A DNA stretch of 63,024 nucleotides from Promethearchaeota archaeon Loki_b32 (GTDB lineage Archaea > Asgardarchaeota > Lokiarchaeia > Sigyniarchaeales > SOKP01): NCBI GenBank assembly GCA_005223125.1, contig NJBH01000021.1, forward strand, positions 1-63,024, written 5' to 3'. Position numbers and translations under genes: made by a program. Positions 10,399 to 20,879 of the stretch are shown one piece after another (the stretch's first letter is position 1; the number at the start of each line of letters is the position of its first letter). The notes beneath the pieces were generated by a model. The model saw only the letters and a program-made list of their open reading frames with translations. It was not told the DNA's origin and did no database searches.

Positions 10399-10633
10399 AA
10401 TAATATTTGGTTGATGATTTTAAATGAAAATGAGATAGATTATATGATTAATCATTGAAATTAAAGATTAATATTATATAATCAGAATAGAACAATAAAT
10501 TTATAAAAAAAATTATTTTTCTATTTAGCAGAAGTAAAAATTTGATATTTTTGGCAATAAACTTTTAATAACACATTCTTCTTAATTTTAAATATAAATA
10601 ACAATTTTTCTTTTAAAGTTTCATTTATTATAT

Positions 10634-10675
10634 TAATTTGATTTATTAAATCTATAATTTGATTTATTAAATCTA
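10634..10675. repeat. Perfect 21-bp tandem repeat (2 copies) with near-palindromic core; candidate operator
   Basis: TAATTTGATTTATTAAATCTA twice, 36 nt upstream of the ABC operon start; core GATTTATTAAATC. Confidence 0.7.
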
Positions 10676-10711
10676 CAGAATTATAAAGTAAATCCTTAAG
10701 AGCCTTAAATA

Positions 10712-11866
10712 ATGTATCTAGGCGGTTTAATACGAAAAGAATTCGGAAGAATTAGATCAGATAAGAGAACATTAATTTTATTATTTGTAATTCCAGTAAT
10801 ATTAATTTTTGTTTTTGGTCTAACTACTGGAGGAGGTCTTACAAAATTTTTTACATCGGCTATTATAACTCTTGATGATATGCCAACATATGATAACTTT
10901 CCTTCTAATTCTTCTGAATATGATGATACTTTTATATCAATAATGCAATATAATACTTCATCATGGGGATTTCATAGTTATTATAATGCAACAGATTTAG
11001 AAGAATATGATAATGCATTCCAGAATTGTTATGATATTTTAAGAAGTGGTGATATAGATATAATCATTGTTTTACCAAGAAATTTTTCAGAATCAGTGGA
11101 AAATAAAACTAATCCTGTTCTGATTTATCACATCGATGCATCTGATCCTGCTGCAATAACGGCAATTGAAGTTGCTATTCAAGAACCTATCGCTCTATTT
11201 AGAGCAGAAACAGATATGATTGCCAATTTTACAATTATGGTTCCATATTTAGAATTTGACGTCCCATTTTGGGAATCAGCAATTTTAAATTATGCACTCC
11301 CTTTAATCTTACCTATAATAATTCTTGGAACAACTATGAACTTAACCTCGCTTTCAATAGTCTCTGAAGGTCCACTTCCTCGAATGCTTATAACTCCAAC
11401 TGCTAAAAGAGAGATAATATTGAGTAAATTAATTGCTAATTCTGTAATTATGTTGCTTCAATCAACAGAGATTTTTGTATTAACTGCATTTTTTGGATTA
11501 TACAGTTTGGGGTCATTGTTTTATTTCTTTTTAGTTTTAATTATGATTGGCTTTAGTGGAATCTGTATTGGGTTATTTATTTCTGCATTAAGCCCGACAG
11601 AACAAAGCGCAAATCAAATGTATCTAATAATGTTTATAATTATAATCCTTTTTTCGGGAAGTATTCTTCCTTTAGGCGATATTGAAGGAGGAATGCAAAT
11701 TTTTATGAATATGCTCCCATTATCTAATGCTGTTCCTCTTATAACAGATATAACATTAAAAGGATTACCTCTAAATTTAACAAGTTTATTTTGGCTTAAC
11801 TTAAGTTCCTCGATTTATGTAATATTAGCTTATATCATCTACATGTTTAAGAAATTAGAGGTGTAA
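10712..11866 (+). CDS. ABC-2 type permease
   Basis: KEFGRIRSDKRTL N-terminus, single TM, large external loop, multi-TM C-terminus. Confidence 0.9.
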   Translation: MYLGGLIRKEFGRIRSDKRTLILLFVIPVILIFVFGLTTGGGLTKFFTSAIITLDDMPTYDNFPSNSSEYDDTFISIMQYNTSSWGFHSYYNATDLEEYDNAFQNCYDILRSGDIDIIIVLPRNFSESVENKTNPVLIYHIDASDPAAITAIEVAIQEPIALFRAETDMIANFTIMVPYLEFDVPFWESAILNYALPLILPIIILGTTMNLTSLSIVSEGPLPRMLITPTAKREIILSKLIANSVIMLLQSTEIFVLTAFFGLYSLGSLFYFFLVLIMIGFSGICIGLFISALSPTEQSANQMYLIMFIIIILFSGSILPLGDIEGGMQIFMNMLPLSNAVPLITDITLKGLPLNLTSLFWLNLSSSIYVILAYIIYMFKKLEV

Positions 11867-11867
11867 T

Positions 11868-13187
11868 ATGGCAAAATTGAAGAAGAAACCTTTAACATTA
11901 AATTTTAAAAAATTTAAAGATAAGATTTCAAAAATAAAACCAAATTTTGAAACCCTCAAAAATAAAATATCCAAACCAAAACCTAATTTTAAAAAATACA
12001 TTAAAAATATTTCAAATTTAAAAATTAATGCTCTTAGAATCTTAAAACAAGTTATAAAGGAATTTAGGCTTTTATGGACAGATAAATTCAATTTACTTCT
12101 TGCAATCGTGATCCCTCCTTTAATTATAGTAATGCTAGGTCTCACAATGACGGATGCACCCTCAGAAACACAATCTATACCATGCATGTTAATATCATAT
12201 GATTCTAATACATTTATCAATCCAAATAATTTTACAGAATCAAAATTAGATAATTATACAATGCCATATGTAGAGGCTGTAAATAAGTCTAGTATGCTTG
12301 AATTAGTCCGATTTTATAATGCAACTGAAGAGATTTATGCTATGGAAGCTGCTAGAAATGCTTTAATCTCTGGTGAAATCAAGGTTATATTATCATTACC
12401 GGTAGATTTTACTGAATTACTAGAATGGGGCTTACCTGGATTAATTGATTGTGTTCTTGATGCCTCAAATATCCAATATATTCAACAGAGTCTAAACTCT
12501 GTTTATGATTCAATTAAAATATTTGTAAATGATAATAATCTAACTCCTCAATTTCAACTCCAGGGGTTTGAAGAATTTACTATTCCAGAAGGATATAGTA
12601 ACAATTTCAATTCTAGTATAGTAATGGCTCTTTCCTTTATGGTTTTTGGGATTGCTCTTGTATTATCGATATTAGTAATCGTTCAAGAGAAACCAATAGC
12701 AAGATTATTACTTACTCCTGTAAAAAGATCAGAAATTTTACTATCTAAATATATTACATATACCCTTGTATTAGTACTTCAAGTTTCTTTATTAGTAATT
12801 AGTGGTTTGTCAATGGGGTTGTATATAGCTGGTACTTTAACAGATCTATTTATTGCTTTATTCATGATAGGATTTTCTGGATTAACAATGGGTGTTTTTA
12901 TTAGCTCACAAAGTAAAACAAAGACTCAAGCGAACCAATTATTTCTCGCTGTTTTTCTTGTTGCAGTTCTTTTAAGTGGTATATTCATCCCTATTGAAAA
13001 TATGCCATTATATCTACAAGTTATTGCCTATATTCTACCTTTATCTCATGGAGATCCTTTACTTCGGGGTATTATTCAAAAAGGTCAATCTATATTAGGG
13101 CTTCATTTCATTTGGTTATTAGTAATTAGTATAGTTTTGGTAATAATTTCATTTGTAATTTTTAAAAGAAGAAAATACGAGGTGTAG
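11868..13187 (+). CDS. ABC-2 type permease with Lys-rich N-terminal extension
   Basis: KEFRLLWTDK, RLLLTPV...EILLSK, LSGIFIPIENMP. Confidence 0.9.
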   Translation: MAKLKKKPLTLNFKKFKDKISKIKPNFETLKNKISKPKPNFKKYIKNISNLKINALRILKQVIKEFRLLWTDKFNLLLAIVIPPLIIVMLGLTMTDAPSETQSIPCMLISYDSNTFINPNNFTESKLDNYTMPYVEAVNKSSMLELVRFYNATEEIYAMEAARNALISGEIKVILSLPVDFTELLEWGLPGLIDCVLDASNIQYIQQSLNSVYDSIKIFVNDNNLTPQFQLQGFEEFTIPEGYSNNFNSSIVMALSFMVFGIALVLSILVIVQEKPIARLLLTPVKRSEILLSKYITYTLVLVLQVSLLVISGLSMGLYIAGTLTDLFIALFMIGFSGLTMGVFISSQSKTKTQANQLFLAVFLVAVLLSGIFIPIENMPLYLQVIAYILPLSHGDPLLRGIIQKGQSILGLHFIWLLVISIVLVIISFVIFKRRKYEV

Positions 13188-13218
13188 TAGGATTAGTTCG
13201 CCGAAATCAAAGAAGAGA

Positions 13219-14211
13219 ATGGTAGATGTCAATAATTTAAATGTTAAATTTGGTGAAAAGCATGTTGTTCATGATGTAAGTTTTACTGTTGATAAAGGAG
13301 AGATTATAGGGTTATTTGGAATCTCAGGAGCAGGAAAGACAACTATAGTTAGAGTATTGACATGTCAAATTGAAAAGAAGCATTGGACCGGAAATGTTAT
13401 GGTTACTGGTTTATCTCCTGAAAAAAAAAGCAATCATTCAAAGATTCTTAGCAATATTGGTTATGTTCCACAACTTGAGCTGTTAAATTTGTATTTCGAA
13501 TTAGATCCGATGGTAAACGTTGAAGTCTTTACGTCTACATATGGAATGAATAAGAAAAGAGCAAAAGAAACAGCAGAAGAATTGTTTAAAATCCTTGATA
13601 TCCCCCGAGATACATGGAAAAAGAGAGTTGAAAAGATGAGTGGGGGAGAAAAAAAGCGATTATCAATGGCTATCGGACTAATTCATAATCCGGATGTTTT
13701 ATTCCTAGATGAGCCAACAACAGGCGTTGATGCATCCAAACGCTATGATATATTAAGTTACTTAAAGAAATTAAACCAAAAATTAAATACTACGATGTTT
13801 ATAATTACTCATGATTTAGAATCTGCATTAATTTGTGATAAAGTTGCTATTTTAAAGGACGGCCGGTTGTTAGAATTTGACACTTCTCAAAACCTGATAT
13901 CTTCCTTGCCAAGTGAAGGATTAATAGCAAGGTTTACAATTGAAGATCTAAATGAAAAATTAATTGCATTTATTAAAAAATTTCCATCTATAAGAAGAAT
14001 AATAAGGGTTGGGAATGAGGCAATTGAAGTTTTAATGGAAAATTTTGAGGAAAATCTTCCAAAATTAATTGAATATATGGTTGATAATAATATAACAATT
14101 ACCTCAATGAGTAAAGATATTGCTACTTTTAGAAGATATTTTCAAATTAGAATTCAAAAGGAGGAAGAAGAAGAAAGTAGTTTGAAGGAAGTGAAGGTGA
14201 TTCGAAAATAA
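13219..14211 (+). CDS. ABC transporter ATP-binding protein
   Basis: Walker A GISGAGKT, MSGGE, FLDEPT, THD. Confidence 0.95.
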   Translation: MVDVNNLNVKFGEKHVVHDVSFTVDKGEIIGLFGISGAGKTTIVRVLTCQIEKKHWTGNVMVTGLSPEKKSNHSKILSNIGYVPQLELLNLYFELDPMVNVEVFTSTYGMNKKRAKETAEELFKILDIPRDTWKKRVEKMSGGEKKRLSMAIGLIHNPDVLFLDEPTTGVDASKRYDILSYLKKLNQKLNTTMFIITHDLESALICDKVAILKDGRLLEFDTSQNLISSLPSEGLIARFTIEDLNEKLIAFIKKFPSIRRIIRVGNEAIEVLMENFEENLPKLIEYMVDNNITITSMSKDIATFRRYFQIRIQKEEEEESSLKEVKVIRK

Positions 14212-14216
14212 TTGAG

Positions 14217-17200
14217 TTGAGTCGCAAATCAAAGCGATTGTTGAAAAATATAATAGCATTGGGCATTCTAGTTTGTGCACCTATATTATCTATAATTCTA
14301 GTGAATGTTAATTATATTGAATATATAGACGATAACGAGGTTCGATTCATTAAAGACAATGCTGTTTTTTTCACATGGACTCATCAAAATGATCATGGGT
14401 TGTTTATTGAACCTAGTTTAGATTCAAACTTCAGAGCGATTGATTCAATAAATTTCTCTTTTGTTAGCATATATTCATCCGATTTAATAAATCCAAATAA
14501 TGTTTCAAATGAACATGTAAAGGTAAATAAACCAAATATTTTTTTTGATTATATTTTTGAAAAACAAAATTCAGATGGTTCATATTCAGATATAGGTGGT
14601 TTTGGTAATATGATTTCTACACATCAAGCGATAAAAACTTTAGAGATCGCTAATGGATCTTATTTAAATAATAAAATGCAACAAGGAGATACCAATAATA
14701 TTATAAATTATTTAAAAAATTCCTTAAAAGAGGAGGGAGGGGGATTTATGTTGATTCCCTTTTTAAATGAATCTGATATAATATCTACTTCATGTGCGAT
14801 TGATTTAGCAAATACCTTAAATGGTGGTTCTGTTCTCGAAAATGATAATATTTCAATATTTATCAATTCAACTTGGGTAGATGGAAGTTACAAATTGTCG
14901 AATGATATTATGAGCATACCAACAGCAGAAACAACGTATTATGGAATTAACGCATTTTTAGGAATGAATATGACCTATACTACAGTGGAACTAAACGCTA
15001 CATGGTCATATTTTAATTTACTTTATAGTAGTATTGACGGTGGATTTTCAAATTTTATTGGTGAACCTTCTGATGTTCAATCGACATATTATGCCCTCTC
15101 GTCATTGAAAACACTAGGGCTAGGACTTCCTCCATTTTTTGATGAACAAAAGACTTTATCCTTTATATTTAGTTGTTCAAAGGTAGATGGGGGTTTTGGA
15201 TTTAGTTCAGAGCCAAGTGATAATTCAGATTTTAAATCTGGGTGGGCTGCTATGAAATCAATTGATATTCTGAAACAAGAAACCTTGACAGATAAAAATT
15301 ATTCTGATATTATTGATCTTACGATTGAGTATTACGATTGGCTTCATTTTTTTCAGGGTAAAAATTCATTATTTGGTAGTACCACTATTGAGGCAAATTA
15401 TTATGGTGTATCAGCCCTTTATAATTATAATCCTAAAATTTTTACTGAATTTATTAATAAAGAGATTATGAATAAGGAAATATTAGATAACATAATAAAA
15501 TTTGTTGATAAATGTTATAATCAATATGAGGGAGGTTTTGCTTCAACTCCAGATGAAAACGCGACTCTTTATGCAACTTTTTGTGGATTGAACATTTATA
15601 AACAACTTTTTCCCTTTACTAATAAATGGCCTGATGAGTATGAAATTGGGAATATAACAAATTATTTAGTAGATCTTCAAAATCCAGATGGCGGTTTTAG
15701 TGTAGGTCAAGATGTAGATGCTGTTTTAAGTATGTACGGAGCAGTCTATCAAATTTTCTTATATTTAATTAATTCAAATATTTCAACTATTGAAAGTACA
15801 AATTGGGCTTTAAATTCACTATATATCATTAATGGATTAAGTTATATCGATCATGTTAATCTTACTCATTGGATGAGATCGTGCCAAAATCCAGATGGTG
15901 GGTTTTCAGTATTTATAGGATTCCATAGTGATGTAATTTCAACATATTATGGTCTTGAGATATTTACTGATTTGTTACATTCTGAACCAATGTCTAAAAT
16001 AGCTGCTATTGAATTCCTAAAAAACTCACAAAATTCTGATGGCTCATTTTCAGTTTTACCCGCTCTAGGAGCTTTTCTAGACTTACCATCAAACTTTTTA
16101 ATCACATATTTTGGATCAAAAGGTCTTTATGATTATAGATTTCAACCAGAAAATATTAAGAATACCTTGAATTGGTATGCTCAATGTGTTAGTTTTAATA
16201 CAGGAGGAATTGGTGATAATCCTGGATTTGGGGGTGATTTAAGGAATGTAGCTAATGCTATTATTATAATAGATGAATTGCAATATGATCAGAGCTTTGA
16301 TTCTAAACCTTGGACCCAATTATTGACTTACATATTAATTATCGAAGGCGCTTGTATTGGTTTATTTATATTATTAAAATTATATCAAAGACTTTCAATA
16401 CCACAAAGAATAAAGCTATTATTAAGAATTGGTGGAAAACTTAATGAATCATATTTAAAAAAGTTTCCAGCTATTAATTGTGAAAATTTAAGTATCTTTG
16501 CAGGAGGAACATTAATTGTTGATTCAGTTTCTATGAATATAAAACATGGCAAAATTTTAGGAATTTTAGGAGAGAGCGGTGCTGGTAAATCAACGTTTAT
16601 TAAAGGTTTGTTGGGTATGAGAAAAACCACAGGTTTTTGTCAAATTTATGGAATGAATATGAATAAAAGAACTTCAAGAAGAATTAGACCAATATATGGT
16701 TATGTTCCACAAGATTTAGGAAAAATTTACCATAATTTTACAACCTTTGAGAATCTATTATATTTTGGAAATCAATACGGGCTTACCGAAAAAGAAATCA
16801 TGAGTAGAGCTAAAAGAATTTTAGGTAGCTTAGAAATTGAAGATAAAATGGATGAATTAGTCAAAAATCTTTCTGGTGGACAAAAAAGACGAGTTAGCAT
16901 TGCAATTGGTTTAATACATTCACCCATGTTTCTTATATTAGACGAACCTACATCAGGTTTAGATCCAGTTGTGAGAGAAAATTTGTGGTTAGTTTTTACC
17001 AAAATTAATGAACAATTTAAAACTACTTTAGTTGTAATTACTCACTATCCTGAAGAATCCCGATTTTGTAATCTTGTTGCAATATTTGGTAGAAAACGTG
17101 GAATGATAGATTTTGGACAACCAAAAACGCTTTTAGTTAATTTACCAGGAAAGGGAAGATCAATTGAGATTTCATTTACTGATGTAAAAGAAAATGTTAT

Positions 17201-17420
17201 TGCTAGACTTGAATTGATTGAAGGAATTGAGAAAGTTTTAGAAAACAAGGCAGGTATAAGTTTTTCAATATTTACTAATTCAAATCTCGATAAGGTGATT
17301 AAAAAAATAGAAGAAGAGATGGGTAAGAATTCAATTCAAGAAGTCAAACAAATAGATTCTAAAATGGAACAATATTTTCGTTATAAAGCAATGGAGGTGC
17401 CAAAAGTTGAAGAAATCTAG
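14217..17420 (+). CDS. Fusion of prenyltransferase/squalene-cyclase-type repeats, TM helix and ABC ATPase
   Basis: N-terminal TM, about 9 QxxDGGF-type repeats, second TM, then GESGAGKST / LSGGQ / LDEPT / THY. Confidence 0.85.
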   Translation: MSRKSKRLLKNIIALGILVCAPILSIILVNVNYIEYIDDNEVRFIKDNAVFFTWTHQNDHGLFIEPSLDSNFRAIDSINFSFVSIYSSDLINPNNVSNEHVKVNKPNIFFDYIFEKQNSDGSYSDIGGFGNMISTHQAIKTLEIANGSYLNNKMQQGDTNNIINYLKNSLKEEGGGFMLIPFLNESDIISTSCAIDLANTLNGGSVLENDNISIFINSTWVDGSYKLSNDIMSIPTAETTYYGINAFLGMNMTYTTVELNATWSYFNLLYSSIDGGFSNFIGEPSDVQSTYYALSSLKTLGLGLPPFFDEQKTLSFIFSCSKVDGGFGFSSEPSDNSDFKSGWAAMKSIDILKQETLTDKNYSDIIDLTIEYYDWLHFFQGKNSLFGSTTIEANYYGVSALYNYNPKIFTEFINKEIMNKEILDNIIKFVDKCYNQYEGGFASTPDENATLYATFCGLNIYKQLFPFTNKWPDEYEIGNITNYLVDLQNPDGGFSVGQDVDAVLSMYGAVYQIFLYLINSNISTIESTNWALNSLYIINGLSYIDHVNLTHWMRSCQNPDGGFSVFIGFHSDVISTYYGLEIFTDLLHSEPMSKIAAIEFLKNSQNSDGSFSVLPALGAFLDLPSNFLITYFGSKGLYDYRFQPENIKNTLNWYAQCVSFNTGGIGDNPGFGGDLRNVANAIIIIDELQYDQSFDSKPWTQLLTYILIIEGACIGLFILLKLYQRLSIPQRIKLLLRIGGKLNESYLKKFPAINCENLSIFAGGTLIVDSVSMNIKHGKILGILGESGAGKSTFIKGLLGMRKTTGFCQIYGMNMNKRTSRRIRPIYGYVPQDLGKIYHNFTTFENLLYFGNQYGLTEKEIMSRAKRILGSLEIEDKMDELVKNLSGGQKRRVSIAIGLIHSPMFLILDEPTSGLDPVVRENLWLVFTKINEQFKTTLVVITHYPEESRFCNLVAIFGRKRGMIDFGQPKTLLVNLPGKGRSIEISFTDVKENVIARLELIEGIEKVLENKAGISFSIFTNSNLDKVIKKIEEEMGKNSIQEVKQIDSKMEQYFRYKAMEVPKVEEI

Positions 17421-19161
17421 TATTTCAAAGAAAACTAGTACATTGAAGAAATCTAGAAACATCGAATTAGAACGTCTTAGATTAAAAATTTTAGATGCAG
17501 TTAGATTTTCCAAACGCTTTTGGATGACTTATAGGGAACACACATTTGGAATTGCATCAATTCTAAATTTAATTTATAAAAAATCCTTTTTCGAAGTATT
17601 GTTTTTTACTAACAAAGATGTAATGGGCAGGGGTGTACCTTTATTAAAAATTAACACTCCACTCTTAGATGAAATTGATTTCAATGAAATTATCGTTGAA
17701 CCTGATTTTGATGAGGATGGGCTTGTTAGTCCTAAAAAGATTATTGAACGTATGAGGAAACTCATTATAAATGAATTTCAAAAACATATAATGATACTAA
17801 ACAAAGAAGTAGAATTATTAGATGAAAGATTTGAAAATAACATAATTGAGAACAATCCTTACTATAGAGAGATTAGATTTTCTTTTCCTCATTTTGATAT
17901 AGAATTGAAAGTAAATTTCGAAAAATACCCTCTCTTACCATCGGTTTCTTTTTCAAGAACACTTTTAAAAATCATAGGTGAAAGAGAATTTAATAAGGAG
18001 GATATTATTAAAAATTGGAATGAGCTAAATCCTCCTCACATCTATCAATTAATCGAGAAAGTATGTAATATTGTTGCAAGCCATCTAAAATTGGACAAAT
18101 TATCCAATAATTCCCAACACTTAGTATTAAAAAATGTATCTATAGAGAATGGAATACAGAATATCTCTTTTAAGATTCATCGAGGAATATCATTAGGAAT
18201 ACTTTATGATGAAGAACAGTTATCTGATGTAGATCATAAATATGATTTATTTTATCTATTCTGGGCAATTTCTGGAAATTATGCTGATTTTTCAGGGAAA
18301 ATTGAGATTTTTGGAAAAGAAGTTCAATTTTTAAATAAAAAAGATTTAGCAAAAATAGTTATCTTGCCTGAAGCGTATGAATCAAAAATAATAAATATGA
18401 AAGTTAAGAAAGCAATTAAATATAAAATAAACATCAAGGAAATTCAAAAATCTAAAAAAAATAAACTGCAATTACTATTAAAAACTGCTGGTTTTGTACC
18501 AAAAATTGATGAAATAATGGGAGAAATATTTGTAAGACCTTCAAAGAGAATTATCTATAGAAAAACCAATATTAAAAATGCTTTAGAAGTTACTGGTTTG
18601 TCATTAAAGAAGAATCAAAAATGTTCCGAATTGAACCATTTAGATTTCCTCTTATTTTCAATTGCTAGAGCTTTAGTAAAAGTTCCCTCAATAATTATGT
18701 TCTTTATTCCCTTTGAAATATTAGATCGATTAGAATATGAAAAATTTAATAATTATATGCAAAAAATTAAAGAGAAGTTCCATGTGATTTTAATCTTTCA
18801 TGCTCCAGAAGGAATAATATCTAACTGCGATAATATATTAACTATTGGTAAAGAAGAATCAAAAATTGGAACATTCAATAAATTAATCGAAGAATTACCT
18901 CAATCAGGTGAAATTATTACAATACAATTAAATAATCCTGATAAAAGACTTATTAAAACCCTCTACAAATTTGATGAAATCGCTAAGATTCAAGAAGAAA
19001 GAAAAAATGAAAAATATAAAATATTTCTGAAAGACGACCCTAACAAGATGATAATTCGATTAACAAAATTATTTGGACAATATCTTTTCAGCTTTAAAAA
19101 GTATAAAGCATCATTAGAAGATTATAAAGAATTTTTTGAAAAAAGGTATAAATATAATTAA
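17407..19161 (+). CDS. UBC/RWD-like domain plus degenerate ABC ATPase domain
   Basis: LKVNFEKYPLLPSVSF...WNELNPPHIYQLIE, then an ABC-like scaffold (QNISFKIHRG, SGKIEIFG, SIARAL) lacking Walker A, LSGGQ and DE. Confidence 0.6.
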   Translation: MKKSSISKKTSTLKKSRNIELERLRLKILDAVRFSKRFWMTYREHTFGIASILNLIYKKSFFEVLFFTNKDVMGRGVPLLKINTPLLDEIDFNEIIVEPDFDEDGLVSPKKIIERMRKLIINEFQKHIMILNKEVELLDERFENNIIENNPYYREIRFSFPHFDIELKVNFEKYPLLPSVSFSRTLLKIIGEREFNKEDIIKNWNELNPPHIYQLIEKVCNIVASHLKLDKLSNNSQHLVLKNVSIENGIQNISFKIHRGISLGILYDEEQLSDVDHKYDLFYLFWAISGNYADFSGKIEIFGKEVQFLNKKDLAKIVILPEAYESKIINMKVKKAIKYKINIKEIQKSKKNKLQLLLKTAGFVPKIDEIMGEIFVRPSKRIIYRKTNIKNALEVTGLSLKKNQKCSELNHLDFLLFSIARALVKVPSIIMFFIPFEILDRLEYEKFNNYMQKIKEKFHVILIFHAPEGIISNCDNILTIGKEESKIGTFNKLIEELPQSGEIITIQLNNPDKRLIKTLYKFDEIAKIQEERKNEKYKIFLKDDPNKMIIRLTKLFGQYLFSFKKYKASLEDYKEFFEKRYKYN

Positions 19162-19184
19162 TAACCAAAAAGTAGGCAAATATT

Positions 19185-19988
19185 ATGTTAAAAAGTATTT
19201 ATTTCTTGAATGAGAATGGAATTTTATTATATTCCAAAAATTTTATGGAAAAAAAATATGATGAAGATATATTAATAGGCTTTTTCTCATCAATCGTCAA
19301 TTTTAGCAGAGAAGCACTAGGAAGTATAGTTAAAAATATTGATCTCGGGGAAAGTAATAAACTCATTTTAATTCCTCATTCAGAAGAACCAATTCTCGTA
19401 GCTGCTGTTGTAGACGCTAGCGATAATAACATTTTGGTAACATCAATTGTTACTAATACAATGCAAGATTTCGTTGATTCTTACTCTCCGGACTATGACC
19501 CTGAAACAATATTCCCTGATGAAATGGAAAGCAAAATTAATAATAATTTAAAAGGGAAAGTTATGCATTCTCCAATGATTAGAATATTATTATCATGGTT
19601 GATTGTTGGATCTATATCCTATTTTTTAATTCTTTTAAGTATAAATGCAACCTATTTCATATATGATTATTATAATTTAGGGCAATTCATTACTCAAGAG
19701 CAATTATTCACAAGATTCATGCCAATTTTAATATTATTATCAACAGTAAATATTATTATATTATTTTTACCTCCAAACCTTATTTTCGGTTTTCTGGCTC
19801 CCAATTGGAAAATTGCCCTTTTGAATTCTTTCATTTTTTTAGGTGTAACAATTACATTGTATTTCTATTCTATAGAACCTAATTTCGCTTATATTATTAT
19901 TGGACAATTACCATTGACGTTAATATTTTCTCTATTTTTTCTCTTTATTGGTATAAGATATTCATCAAAAATGTTCTTAAAAAGATAA
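19185..19988 (+). CDS. Longin/roadblock-like domain fused to about 4 TM helices
   Basis: IYFLNENGILLYSK...DEDILIGFFSSIVNFSRE pattern followed by a hydrophobic C-terminus. Confidence 0.65.
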   Translation: MLKSIYFLNENGILLYSKNFMEKKYDEDILIGFFSSIVNFSREALGSIVKNIDLGESNKLILIPHSEEPILVAAVVDASDNNILVTSIVTNTMQDFVDSYSPDYDPETIFPDEMESKINNNLKGKVMHSPMIRILLSWLIVGSISYFLILLSINATYFIYDYYNLGQFITQEQLFTRFMPILILLSTVNIIILFLPPNLIFGFLAPNWKIALLNSFIFLGVTITLYFYSIEPNFAYIIIGQLPLTLIFSLFFLFIGIRYSSKMFLKR

Positions 19989-20108
19989 TTTTTTATTCTT
20001 CTTTGTATATTAAGAGTATTTTGAAAAAATTGAGAATTACAGAAGTTTAAATATTCCAATTTAGAGATATATCAAATACTTGAAATCATTTTTATTTTGT
20101 GATTCCTA

Positions 20109-20648
20109 ATGAGCATTATTAAAAAAACAAATAAGATTCAAGTAATATGCCCTATCTGTAAGACAAGAGACCTCGTTGGCATATCGCGATCAAGCTTAAA
20201 TAGAAACTCTCAATTAACCACGATTTCAATCCAAAAAGGACTTATCTGCCCTCATCACTTTCAGTTTTTCATGGACAATCAGTTTCAAATTAGAGGATAT
20301 CAGAAAGTTGATTTGGAATTAAACCAAGAAAACTCTAAAATTTTAACGAATGGTGTAAAAGCTTTTAAACAAAATGAGAATCAAAGTAAGAATCTTTTTG
20401 AAAAACTAATAATCGATGATGATATTGTTAAATACCAACCATTAAATCGGAATAATATTAAGGAAAGGACTAATTCAACACCAGAAAGGATATCAAAAAG
20501 GAAAAAAATGACTCTAAAGGAAATTTATGAAGAATTCTGGGAATTCGTTGATGATGAAAATGAATTTTTTCATGAATTTATAATTAAAGATAATAGACGT
20601 CAAAAATCTTCAATAAATTCTAACAGAAATGAATATATAACTGTCTAA
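20109..20648 (+). CDS. Hypothetical protein with N-terminal Zn-binding motif
   Basis: CPIC...CPHHF. Confidence 0.7.
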   Translation: MSIIKKTNKIQVICPICKTRDLVGISRSSLNRNSQLTTISIQKGLICPHHFQFFMDNQFQIRGYQKVDLELNQENSKILTNGVKAFKQNENQSKNLFEKLIIDDDIVKYQPLNRNNIKERTNSTPERISKRKKMTLKEIYEEFWEFVDDENEFFHEFIIKDNRRQKSSINSNRNEYITV

Positions 20649-20879
20649 TATTAGATTAAAAAACTCAATATATAAGTTATTATTACTATATTGATGTTTA
20701 CACCACTCTTAAAAAATAATTTCGACTTTTAGAAATAAAACATAATTTCTATAAGAAAAAATCTTAGTTTATATGCAAAAGATATAAGAAAATTTAAAAT
20801 TCAGTACTTAATTTTCCAAAATAATAATTTCAATTATAAAAAATCAAAAATATAGAGATTAATTAATAGGTTGAAAAAT

